A stretch of DNA of 32,000 nt from Pseudoalteromonas tetraodonis (GCF_002310835.1 NZ_CP011042.1:420001-452000); one strand, 5' to 3'. Shown: positions 8,837 to 17,392, counted from the stretch's first letter. Notes: a model not told the origin generated them from the letters alone. Numbers and translations are program-made.

Positions 8837-10247
8837 GTAAAGGGGCTTCATAACGCTGCCATTTATCAAGGCTTTTGTTATTTACAGGTTGCCTGATGGC
8901 ATGTTTACTGAGCGTTGTAACGGCGCTTTTATTTTTGTAAAAGTCTAAACAAGTCTGTTCAAATTCACAGCCAGTAAAACTCAATAGTGTGGTTAATTGA
9001 TCTTTAGGGTTTTCAATTAACTGCTCATAACTTAAATTATAAATAGCTAAGCGGTTAAATTGCTGCCAATGGCTCATCAGTTTTTCATAAAGCTGATGGT
9101 ACAAAGTAAATTCATTTAAATCACAAAAATAGGGTTCGTTTTCAGCAAAGTAATTAGTAAACACTGAAAATGCGGTTGCATGAAAGTTGCGACTCAGGTT
9201 AATAAACTTAGCGTCTGGGAATAGAATATAAATTAACCCTAAGTTTTGGTAGTTGCTAGGCAGTTTATTGATCACAAATGCGCAATTGCTCCCAGAAGAA
9301 CTTAAGGTATCTAAATATATAGCTCTGGCTTGGTTAATTAAAGGCGTTGCTAGCTTAGTTAAGCATTGAGGGTAGCGTAACCCTGTTTTATGTTCTAAAA
9401 AAGCGACGACCTTATTACTAATACTGGTGTCTTCTCCAAGCGTTGCCCATTGACTGTGTCCTGCTAACATCTGCTCCAGTAAGGTTGAGCCGCTTCGTGG
9501 CATACCAATAATAAACACGGGCGTAACAGGATACTGCTTATTTAGGTTTGCTAAATTGAGCACACTTTCATTATTATATTCAATAAGTTGATCATAAAAC
9601 CCAATTAAATCTTCAGTATTAAATTCACTGAGTTTGTGTTGTTGCTGATTGGCAATCACAAAATAGTTAAACGCTTGATCAGTATCGTCTAACTTGTCGT
9701 AACTTTTAGCTAAAGCATAGTAGCAGACCATTTTTAAGCGTAGGTTATTTGTTTGCGTTAAAAAGTGGTGTAACTGATCGATGTAATTATTTGCTTTATT
9801 AAAGCGCCCTAATTGTACCAATTCAAATAAAACATAAGCCGTAACTGGTGCTATTCCAAGCTTTAATGCTTCCTCAAACGTGGCATGCGCTTTATCAAGC
9901 TCGCCAAAGGTTAAATAGTGCTGGGCTAAATAATAATGAGTGTCTGGGTTGTCTGCGGCAATACTTGTTGCGTATTCGAGTACTTTTTGCGCATCTTCAG
10001 GAGAGTTGACCGCATTAAATGCATCACTTAGTGCATACAAAGGTTCTAATGCATAAGGGAGATGCTGACACGCTCGTTGTAGTATATAAACAGCGGCATC
10101 AAATTGTTCTAAACGCAGTGCTACTTTACCTAAGCCAAACAGGGCGTCACCATTATCAGGCTCTGCTTGTAATAGCATTTTGTAATGAAACTCAGCTTCT
10201 CTGAGCTTGTTTTGTGATAATAACTGGTCCGCTTTTTTTAGTAGCAT
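8805..10247 (-). CDS. TPR-repeat protein fused to a PAPS-dependent sulfotransferase domain
   Basis: The N-terminal ~200 aa are TPR-like (EAEFHYKMLLQAEPDNGDALFGLGKVAL..., AQHYLTFGELDKAHATFEEALKL). A 5'-PSB motif MPRSGSTLLEQML and a 3'-PB-like LSRNFHATAFS follow. Confidence 0.8.
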   Translation of the reverse strand: MLLKKADQLLSQNKLREAEFHYKMLLQAEPDNGDALFGLGKVALRLEQFDAAVYILQRACQHLPYALEPLYALSDAFNAVNSPEDAQKVLEYATSIAADNPDTHYYLAQHYLTFGELDKAHATFEEALKLGIAPVTAYVLFELVQLGRFNKANNYIDQLHHFLTQTNNLRLKMVCYYALAKSYDKLDDTDQAFNYFVIANQQQHKLSEFNTEDLIGFYDQLIEYNNESVLNLANLNKQYPVTPVFIIGMPRSGSTLLEQMLAGHSQWATLGEDTSISNKVVAFLEHKTGLRYPQCLTKLATPLINQARAIYLDTLSSSGSNCAFVINKLPSNYQNLGLIYILFPDAKFINLSRNFHATAFSVFTNYFAENEPYFCDLNEFTLYHQLYEKLMSHWQQFNRLAIYNLSYEQLIENPKDQLTTLLSFTGCEFEQTCLDFYKNKSAVTTLSKHAIRQPVNNKSLDKWQRYEAPLLSLLSLPQTN

Positions 10248-10337
10248 AATACAACTAATATTCTTTTTAATTACTATAACCCCAAAGTCACAAAAAATGC
10301 GAGTGTAAAAGTCATTTTAAATGGGTTTATAAAGGGC

Positions 10338-10373
10338 AATAAAAAGGCGAAATGCATTACACATTTCGCCTTT
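10338..10373 (-). terminator. Rho-independent terminator after the TonB-dependent receptor
   Basis: A 9-bp stem GGCGAAATG (10346-10354) pairs with CATTTCGCC (10362-10370) around a 7-nt loop. On the minus strand it is followed by TTTTTATTG. It lies about 20 nt after the TBDR stop at 10392. Confidence 0.8.
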
Positions 10374-10391
10374 GATTATTATTAACACATG

Positions 10392-12962
10392 TTAGAAAGT
10401 ATAGGTTGCTTTAGCGTAGTAAAAGCCACCATTAATTCCGTATGGAGATGTTTCGTAGTACTTACCACCCCAGTTGTTATTTGGTGCCACTGTGAAATCA
10501 AGTTTTTCTGCTTCTTGATCCAGTAAGTTTTGTGCACCCAATGAGAAGCTAATTGAGTCATTCATGAAGTAAGTGACTTCAACATCTAACGTGACTGCTG
10601 CGTCAGCCATTTTAGCTGTTTCATCATAATCTACGTGAACGCCTTGGTACTCACCAAAGTAGTTAAGGCGAGAAAATGCTGAAAAGCTTTCCCATTGTTG
10701 TGCCCAGCTCAGTGTTGCACGGTGATTAGGTAAGTCATTTTCAAGACGGCTTACTTTAAATGCACCAGTTATATCACTTGAGCGTGTTACTTCTGTTTCA
10801 TTCCAGTTGTACGCTAAGCTAAATGTAGAGCTACCACTGAACAATTCAGCTGAGTAGTTAGCAACTAAATCAACACCTTGTGTAGTGGTATCAAAGTCAT
10901 TAGTAAAGAAACTAACTTGCGCAAGGTTTTGTACGTTAGGTACGCCCGCAGCTTCAAGCGTGTCTTTATCTGCTTGGCTAAGTTCAATTTTATCTGATTG
11001 GCTAATACGGTCATCTACTTGGATGTTGTAGTAATCAACCGTTAAGAATAAATCGCCAATAGTATACACCGCACCAAAGGTGTAGCTTTGTGATTCTTCA
11101 GGCTCAAGTTCAGTACCACCTAGTTGAATAGCAATTGGGTTTGTAGGTGGTAGCAAAGCCGAATCTACTAGTACACCACTGCTTAAGTTAGTTTGTACGT
11201 TACTAACATTCGCTTGGCCTACGGTAGGCGCACGGAAACCGGTGCTGATAGAGCCACGAATATTTAGATCTTCAGTCAGGTGGTATTGACCCATTAACTT
11301 ATAGTTAGTGGTTGAACCAAAGGTATCGTAATCTTCGTAGCGAAGCGCTAAGCCCATTAAGAATTCTTCAGTAAATGGCGCTTCAATATCAATATAAGCT
11401 GCATAGTTACGACGGTCATATTCGCCTGCATCTGATGGTTTAAATCCAGGGAAACCGTTAGAACCTATACCAAAACCTTGATCAGTTAATGGACCTGCAA
11501 TAAACGAAGCCTCATCACCTGCCACTACAGTAAAGGTTTCTTCATGCCATTCTAAACCACCGGCAATATTTACATCGTAAGCTAAATCAAAGTCAAACCC
11601 TTTTGAAATATCAAAATTAAAGTTTTTCTCTAATTGTTCATATTTACCTGGGCTAAAATCACGCGGGCTATCTGGACCCAGTGAAGCATTGATTGTGTCG
11701 TATATAAAGTAGCGAGATTCGTTATACCCTACCGTACCACTTAGATCATAATAAGCGCCTTCTAAAAAGCCGCCAGTAAACTCACCTTTAGTACCGATAG
11801 TAAGTGACGTATCTGTAATATTACCACCAAAGTTTGGTGTAAAACCGCCCGGAAGCATTTCGTTAAATGCGAAACAATCAGGGTTATTTGCTACACCATT
11901 AATGTAGTCAGGGTTATCAAGAACGTTGTCATCAATCATGATTGTTGGACAGTTACCGCTCATATCACCGGTTAAATCACCAACAAGCAGTGTTTCGCCA
12001 CCATCATTTGAGTATGCACCAGGGCGAGTATGTGGGTTACGGTAATAAAAACCACCGCGTACATCACGCTCTGAGTAGTTACCAAACATGTAAAATTGTG
12101 AGTCGTTAGTAAGTTCTAAACCAACATTACCAAAGATAGAGATGTCGTCATCAACCTCTGGTGCACCCCATACTTGAGTGATCGGAGCAATGTCTGGTAC
12201 TCCAGCCTTGATAAGTTGAGTTGCATCGTAGCGTTGAACTGAACGGCTGGTCGCATCGGCTGTTTTGTACTGAAAGCTTAAATTTGCAAAACCGCTATCG
12301 GTAAACGGTAAGCCCACATTACCTGAAATTTGGGTTGTATCACCGTCGCCCTCGTAATATTGGCCTTTACGAACTTCGAAAGATCCGCCTTCCGAGGCAT
12401 CTTTAAGTTGGAAATTTAAAACCCCAGCAATCGCATCAGAACCATATTGTGCAGCGGCACCATCACGAAGTACTTCTACTTGTTTCAGTGCAATACTTGG
12501 AATTACTGAAATATCAGCACCTTGCGCACCATCGTTAATACCACCACCTAAAAAGGCGATAACTGAAGCACGGTGACGACGTTTACCGTTAAGTAAAATT
12601 AGTGTGCTATCTGAAGGTAGTCCGCGTAAGTTTGCAGGGCGCACTAATGAAGCAGCATCACTGATTGGCATTGAGTGTACGTTTAAAGAAGGAATAGCCC
12701 CTTTTAATAGCTCTAGCATATCAGTGTTACCTGATTTACTTAGCTCTTCACCACCAATAATATCGATAGGTACAGGAGAGTCACCAATAGAACGAGGCGC
12801 AGAGCGCGTACCTACTACGGCAATTTTTTCTACATTTTTGTTAACTTTAACTTCGGTTTGCTCTTCTTGAGCAATTGCTGAACCAGAAACAAATAAGCCT
12901 GCGGCTGTTGTTGCTAGAGCAAATTTGATGGCCTGTTGAAGCGCATTGCTTTTTAATTTCAT
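10392..12962 (-). CDS. TonB-dependent outer-membrane receptor, substrate unknown
   Basis: It has a signal peptide ending AIAQE, a plug domain (IAVVGTR...DIIGGEEL, LRG...TLILLNGKR, IE.LRDGAAAQYGSDAIAGVLN), a long beta-barrel and the C-terminal aromatic terminus ...KATYTF. Confidence 0.92.
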   Translation of the reverse strand: MKLKSNALQQAIKFALATTAAGLFVSGSAIAQEEQTEVKVNKNVEKIAVVGTRSAPRSIGDSPVPIDIIGGEELSKSGNTDMLELLKGAIPSLNVHSMPISDAASLVRPANLRGLPSDSTLILLNGKRRHRASVIAFLGGGINDGAQGADISVIPSIALKQVEVLRDGAAAQYGSDAIAGVLNFQLKDASEGGSFEVRKGQYYEGDGDTTQISGNVGLPFTDSGFANLSFQYKTADATSRSVQRYDATQLIKAGVPDIAPITQVWGAPEVDDDISIFGNVGLELTNDSQFYMFGNYSERDVRGGFYYRNPHTRPGAYSNDGGETLLVGDLTGDMSGNCPTIMIDDNVLDNPDYINGVANNPDCFAFNEMLPGGFTPNFGGNITDTSLTIGTKGEFTGGFLEGAYYDLSGTVGYNESRYFIYDTINASLGPDSPRDFSPGKYEQLEKNFNFDISKGFDFDLAYDVNIAGGLEWHEETFTVVAGDEASFIAGPLTDQGFGIGSNGFPGFKPSDAGEYDRRNYAAYIDIEAPFTEEFLMGLALRYEDYDTFGSTTNYKLMGQYHLTEDLNIRGSISTGFRAPTVGQANVSNVQTNLSSGVLVDSALLPPTNPIAIQLGGTELEPEESQSYTFGAVYTIGDLFLTVDYYNIQVDDRISQSDKIELSQADKDTLEAAGVPNVQNLAQVSFFTNDFDTTTQGVDLVANYSAELFSGSSTFSLAYNWNETEVTRSSDITGAFKVSRLENDLPNHRATLSWAQQWESFSAFSRLNYFGEYQGVHVDYDETAKMADAAVTLDVEVTYFMNDSISFSLGAQNLLDQEAEKLDFTVAPNNNWGGKYYETSPYGINGGFYYAKATYTF

Positions 12963-12970
12963 TCTAAATA

Positions 12971-13115
12971 TCCCCAGTTAGAATTGATTTGTATAGTCTA
13001 TTTAATGACTTTATTGTGGACGGTTCACATTCAATGGGGAGCAGATATTGCCAACTCACTCCTAAAAGCTTAATAAACTAAGCGCACCTCCTGTGAGTCC
13101 TCGAAATAGACTATA
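12971..13115 (-). promoter_or_regulatory. Candidate structured 5' leader of the TBDR mRNA (unclassified cis-regulatory RNA)
   Basis: The perfect 12-bp inverted-repeat arms at 12992-13003 and 13104-13115 enclose 100 nt containing nested hairpins. UCCCC (13040-13036) is complementary to the GGGGA Shine-Dalgarno (12975-12971). Confidence 0.35.
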
Positions 13116-13294
13116 GATAAAAAAACTAAAGAGGGCAATGGGTAATTAACCACTATTTAACAAGTTGAAACAAATGATTTATCTAAAAATAACGCAGAGT
13201 TAATCATAAGTAGGGCAGGGAAAGGGGGTAAAAGCAGGCATTGATACATAGTTATTAACTAAATAAGCTATTTTAGCTACTTTCTATTATTGAA

Positions 13295-13453
13295 TTAAAC
13301 TGACTTGCTATTGATATTTTCACCATGATGTTTTTTCCACTGTGCAAGTTTTTCTTTGTACTCATCCCATACGCATGGACAGCAACTACCGCCGCCGCAG
13401 CACTCATCAGATTTTGGCCTTTCGGGTTTAGTGTTGGGTATGTTTTTTTGCAT
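13295..13453 (-). CDS. Small Cys-rich protein (52 aa) with an Oxidored-like / OXLD1-type CCxxxC..CVW..Y motif; absent from the ORF track
   Basis: Hand translation gives MQKNIPNTKPERPKSDECCGGGSCCPCVWDEYKEKLAQWKKHHGENINSKSV*. The motif P..P...ECC.G.C.PCVW.EY resembles Pfam PF09791, recalled from memory. No clear Shine-Dalgarno is present, and ATG 13453 is the only in-frame start. Confidence 0.5.
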   Translation of the reverse strand: MQKNIPNTKPERPKSDECCGGGSCCPCVWDEYKEKLAQWKKHHGENINSKSV

Positions 13454-13557
13454 GTTTTTAATTAAAACTGAGGAAAATGAACTTTAAGAATAAATGATTG
13501 AATAAACCGTGTAAATTATTCTTTGTGAACTGAAAGCGCTGTGTGAGAATACAGGCT

Positions 13558-13980
13558 ATGCGATTATATAAAGTTATCCATCGTGCACCCTGGCGGGTTG
13601 CTAAAATAAGTAAAAAGCGACAACAACTACGCTTTCGTCGTGCTATGGTCGCGCTTAAAATTGCGCTTGCCCAAGAAAGGCAAGAAACCAAAGAAATGCT
13701 AATAATTTATAGGCGTTATACCCAAGGGCAAACAAATAAAGCAGAACTAAAACGCGCCAACGAGCAGTTTGTTGATATATTAAAAGGACTAGGGCTAGGC
13801 GTTTTTGCGTTATTACCGTTTGCACCATTAACTATTCCACTGGTTGTTAAACTAGGGCAGTTAGTAGGTGTTGATGTATTACCGAGTTCTTTTAGTATGA
13901 ATAAGCCGATTAAAGAAATTGATCAAGAAATTGCTCAACAAAACCAAGAGCAAGACTCAACGCCCTCAAAGAAGAAGTAA
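13558..13980 (+). CDS. Small membrane-associated protein with a LETM1-like segment (tentative)
   Basis: A basic N-terminus is followed by LLPFAPLTIPLVVKLGQLVGVDVLPSSF, which resembles the LETM1 core (LVPF...VPF..FLLPVA.KLFPNMLPSTF). The C-terminal tail is acidic and Gln-rich. ATG 13558 is preferred over the track's GTG 13543. Confidence 0.55.
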   Translation: MRLYKVIHRAPWRVAKISKKRQQLRFRRAMVALKIALAQERQETKEMLIIYRRYTQGQTNKAELKRANEQFVDILKGLGLGVFALLPFAPLTIPLVVKLGQLVGVDVLPSSFSMNKPIKEIDQEIAQQNQEQDSTPSKKK

Positions 13981-14051
13981 GCTAGCAGAACATAATTAGC
14001 TATACCTTTTAATAGTGCTTATTGTTATGCTAAGGCATCATTTTCTATTAT

Positions 14052-15425
14052 GTGAGTCATTTAATGAGTGCTTTACTTCGTCATACCTCTTCAGGAATTC
14101 CTCTATCTTTTATCGTTAAAAACGAACTAACCGATTGGCTTACGCAGCAACCGAGTTTTGTACAGCGCTGGCTAGCAAACACAGATTTTGAAAAATCAGG
14201 ACTCGCACTAGTACCAAACCCAGAAACGGGTGAACTAAGTCAGGTATTTTGTGTAATGCAAAGCACTGATGATTTTTGGGCCGCTGGCGAGCTTGCCAGT
14301 AAATTACCTGCGGGTTGTTATCAAATTCAAGGTGATGAGTCTTTAGTTGCTCAACTTGCTTTAGGCTTTGTCTTAGGTGGTTATGAGTTTAGTGAGTACA
14401 AGCAAAAAGCCACAGCAAAAGCTCAGCTTGGCATTGCTGATAAAACATTATATGAACAAGTAAAACAACAAGCGGACGCCATTAATTTAGCACGCGATTT
14501 AGTTAATACCCCAGCTGCTGATATGATGCCGCAGCATTTATCGCAGGTAATGAGTGACCTAGCAGATACATTCGACGGTGAATTTTCGCAGTGGATAGGT
14601 GATGAGTTATTAGAGCAAAATTACCCAACTATTCACATGGTAGGGCGCGCGAGTGAAAATAAACCACGATTACTTGACTTGAAATGGGGGGCAGTCGATG
14701 CGCCACAAATTACGTTAGTCGGTAAAGGCGTGTGTTTTGATTCCGGTGGACTGGATTTAAAACCTAGTTCAGGCATGCGCAACATGAAAAAAGACATGGG
14801 TGGGGCCGCGCATGTTATTGCCCTGGCTCAGCTAATTATGGCCGCTAACTTACCAATACGCCTTCGTGTTTTAGTGCCTGCGGTTGAAAATGCTGTTTCG
14901 CGTAATGCATTTCGCCCTGGCGATGTAGTAAAAACCCGTAAAGGTATTATGGTCGAAATAGACAATACCGATGCAGAAGGGCGACTAGTGCTGTGTGATG
15001 CACTAAGCGAAGCACAAAACGATGATCCTGAATTAATCATTGATTTTGCTACACTAACTGGTGCGTGCCGTATTGCGTTAGGTACGGAGTTACCGGGGTT
15101 TTTCTCAACGGATCGCGCTGTAGCAAATGCCATTATGGACTCGGGAATGCAAGTTAACGACCCTGTTTGGCAATTGCCGTTATTCGAACAATACAAACCA
15201 TTTTTGAAAAGCGATGTGGCTGATATGGCTAACTGTGCAAGTACGCCATTTGGTGGCGCAATAACCGCTGCGCTTTATTTGAAAGAGTTTATAGAGCCAA
15301 ATACACCATGGGTTCACTTTGACGTAATGGCATGGAATTTACGTGCATTACCCGGGCGTCCAGCTGGTGGTGAAGCACTGGGTATTCGTGCAGTATTTAC
15401 TTACCTACAAAATCGATTTAACTAA
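14052..15425 (+). CDS. M17 family leucyl aminopeptidase-like metallopeptidase
   Basis: It carries the M17 signature NTDAEGRLVLCDAL, VGKGVCFDSGGLDLKP and MKKDMGGAA. The alternative ATG start at 14064 is equally possible. Confidence 0.9.
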   Translation: MSHLMSALLRHTSSGIPLSFIVKNELTDWLTQQPSFVQRWLANTDFEKSGLALVPNPETGELSQVFCVMQSTDDFWAAGELASKLPAGCYQIQGDESLVAQLALGFVLGGYEFSEYKQKATAKAQLGIADKTLYEQVKQQADAINLARDLVNTPAADMMPQHLSQVMSDLADTFDGEFSQWIGDELLEQNYPTIHMVGRASENKPRLLDLKWGAVDAPQITLVGKGVCFDSGGLDLKPSSGMRNMKKDMGGAAHVIALAQLIMAANLPIRLRVLVPAVENAVSRNAFRPGDVVKTRKGIMVEIDNTDAEGRLVLCDALSEAQNDDPELIIDFATLTGACRIALGTELPGFFSTDRAVANAIMDSGMQVNDPVWQLPLFEQYKPFLKSDVADMANCASTPFGGAITAALYLKEFIEPNTPWVHFDVMAWNLRALPGRPAGGEALGIRAVFTYLQNRFN

Positions 15426-15464
15426 CCTGAACTTGGATTAAGGTTTACCTTGAGTTATTTGATG

Positions 15465-15851
15465 TTAAAGTGCATATAACTCAAGGGGTAAGCCATCTGG
15501 ATCGGCAAAAAAGGTGAATTTTTTGCCGGTTATTTCATCTTCTCTAATATTTTCGACGATGACATTGTGTGACTCTAAATAATGTTTAGCAGTATTAATA
15601 CACCCAACTTTAAATGCTAAATGTCTAAGTCCTTGTGCTTCGGGGTAGCTTGGTCTACTTGGCGCATCATTAAACGAAAATAATTCTAACTGACTACCAT
15701 CAGGTAAAGCTAAATCGAGTTTGTAAGACTGACGCTGTGCACGATAATGCTCATTAATAATCGTGAGTTTTAATATTTCACTATAAAAATGTTTAGAGCG
15801 TGGGTAGTTGCTACAAATGATGGCTACATGATGAATGCCTAGTAGTTGCAT
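15465..15851 (-). CDS. yaeR: VOC/glyoxalase-fold metalloprotein, YaeR family
   Basis: It is collinear with E. coli YaeR: HHVAII...Y..SK.FY..IL, ELFSF...P.RPS.PEA.GLRHLAF.V, LESHNV..E.IR.D..T.K.FTFF.DPDGLPLELY. Confidence 0.88.
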   Translation of the reverse strand: MQLLGIHHVAIICSNYPRSKHFYSEILKLTIINEHYRAQRQSYKLDLALPDGSQLELFSFNDAPSRPSYPEAQGLRHLAFKVGCINTAKHYLESHNVIVENIREDEITGKKFTFFADPDGLPLELYAL

Positions 15852-15862
15852 ATATTTTCCTT

Positions 15863-15895
15863 AAAAAGCAAAAAGCGCACTAAAAGCAGTGCGCT
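15863..15895 (-). terminator. Rho-independent terminator after the fabH-like gene
   Basis: The stem AGCGCACT (15874-15881) pairs with AGTGCGCT (15888-15895) around the loop AAAAGC. On the minus strand it is followed by TTTTTGCTTTTT. It lies 36 nt after the stop at 15932. Confidence 0.8.
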
Positions 15896-15931
15896 GTTTA
15901 TCAATACATGTGCATGTTTATATATTAGCTT

Positions 15932-17011
15932 TTAGCTAGGCTCTGCGTCTTTACACGCTTTTACAGCCGGTGCAACAAGCTCTAAACCCGTTTTATCACA
16001 CGGTGGAAGCTCAGCATCACTAACAGCAATAGGCGTTACTCGCTCGCCCCATTTTATATAGCTTGCCGCCCAAGTAAGGCCAGCCCCAAATGCCGCCGAC
16101 ATAATGTTTGCATGCGGTTTAATTAAGCCTTGCTCAACGGCTTCACACAATGCAATTGCAATGGTGGCAGCAGAGGTGTTGCCATATTCACCAATATTGA
16201 CCATTACTTTTTCGTCATCCACTTTTAAGCGATTTTGAATAGCTTGAATAATGCGTAGATTGGCTTGATGCGGAACTAGTACATCGATATCGTCTAACTT
16301 AAGATTGGCTTGTTCAAGCACGTCGTCACAGGCTTCACTCATGCCTTTAACGGCACGTTTAAATATTTCACGGCCTTCAAATAAAAGGTCTGATGGACCA
16401 ATTGGCTCATATTTATTTAAATCACTGCCAAAATTAGTAATGTGTAAAATATCACGATCTTCGCTGTCACAACCGGTTTTAGTCCCTAATAAGCCTGCAG
16501 GAGTTTCTGCTGCTTCAAGCACAACGGCACCGGCACCATCACCAAATAATACTGCGCTGTCGCGTCGTGCCCAGTTTACATACCACGTCATGCGCTCAGC
16601 CGCGATAACGACAGCTTTTTTGATCATGCCAGCTTGAATTTGCGCTGTCGCAGCTTGTAAAGCATATAAGAAACCAGAACATGCCGCGTTGGTGTCCATG
16701 GCTGCAGCGCCTGTGGCACCAATATTTTTTTGTACTAATGAGGCGGTGTTTGCGACTACTGTTGAGGGGGTGCACGTTGCTAAAATAACTAAATCGATAT
16801 CTTTTGCATCTACGCCAGCACAAGCAATGGCATGTTTTGCAGCCACACTAGCAAGTTCAGCAGTACTTACATGGCTAACTCTTCGTGCCTTGATACCTGT
16901 GCGTGTGGTGATCCACTCATCGGTTGTATCTACAATTTCACTTATTTCGTCGTTGCTGATGCTTGCTGGTGGAATGCATTTACCCCAACCAGTGATATGT
17001 GCGTAAGGCAT
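15932..17011 (-). CDS. Beta-ketoacyl-ACP synthase III (FabH-like) with a C-terminal extension
   Basis: The catalytic triad contexts are NAACSGF (Cys), HQANLRI (His) and GNTSAAT (Asn), and the N-terminus carries DEWI.TRTGI. About 38 extra residues follow the usual FabH C-terminus ([39 protein letters not shown]). Confidence 0.88.
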   Translation of the reverse strand: MPYAHITGWGKCIPPASISNDEISEIVDTTDEWITTRTGIKARRVSHVSTAELASVAAKHAIACAGVDAKDIDLVILATCTPSTVVANTASLVQKNIGATGAAAMDTNAACSGFLYALQAATAQIQAGMIKKAVVIAAERMTWYVNWARRDSAVLFGDGAGAVVLEAAETPAGLLGTKTGCDSEDRDILHITNFGSDLNKYEPIGPSDLLFEGREIFKRAVKGMSEACDDVLEQANLKLDDIDVLVPHQANLRIIQAIQNRLKVDDEKVMVNIGEYGNTSAATIAIALCEAVEQGLIKPHANIMSAAFGAGLTWAASYIKWGERVTPIAVSDAELPPCDKTGLELVAPAVKACKDAEPS

Positions 17012-17169
17012 AGTGTGTTCTCTTAAAAGTGGTATGACGTGTTCGTCTAATGAGGACGTTATATCAAAAATTAGCTGTTAACACTAGTTTATAGCATGGT
17101 TTGCTTAGTAATTACTGCTATTTTACGGACTATTTGCTGCATTTTTGTTTAAAGGTAATTGACTTGTTT

Positions 17170-17187
17170 TTATTGTGTTAATTAAAA
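17170..17187. repeat. Copy 1 of an 18-bp perfect direct repeat TTATTGTGTTAATTAAAA
   Basis: It is identical to 17400-17417, with a 230-bp offset, and lies in the fabH-like/regB divergent intergenic region. Confidence 0.9.
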
Positions 17188-17322
17188 GCTTTTAATGATT
17201 ATGCCTGTTTTACACAATAGCTCATAGGCTTTCTAAGCTTAATAGAATACAAATACTTTGTTGACCATATATGCTTGAGTGCGGCTGAGTGAGCAGCTAA
17301 TATGGGGCGCATATTATGAAAT

Positions 17323-17356
17323 CATTACTTAAAAAGCATTACTTAAAAAGCATTAT
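17323..17356. repeat. Tandem 14-mer CATTACTTAAAAAG x2 plus a partial third unit
   Basis: Units at 17323-17336 and 17337-17350 are identical, followed by CATTAT (17351-17356). Confidence 0.85.
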
Positions 17357-17392
17357 TTATAATGGATAACAAAGCAATGTATATTCAGTCAG

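Noticed and set aside
12963-13130. Cobalamin, TPP or c-di-GMP (GEMM) riboswitch in the TBDR leader
   Set aside because: By eye I found none of the diagnostic conserved cores: the B12 box (GCCACTG-like), CUGAGA...ACCUGAUCUGGAUAAUGCCAGCG, or GCAAA...GGACGCAAAGCC. The element is reported as unclassified instead.
13208-13240. G-rich tract GGGCAGGGAAAGGGGG (13213-13228), seen as C-rich on the TBDR/small-ORF strand, considered as a possible G-quadruplex or rut site
   Set aside because: It has only three G3+ runs, so a canonical four-tract quadruplex cannot form. A single C-rich patch is too weak to call a Rho-utilisation site. It is unusual for this AT-rich spacer but not interpretable.
17316-17369. 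17-codon mini-ORF (MKSLLKKHYLKSIIYNG) spanning the tandem 14-mer, considered as a possible leader peptide
   Set aside because: It has no Shine-Dalgarno. The periodic sequence is fully explained by the DNA tandem repeat, and there is no downstream attenuator structure.
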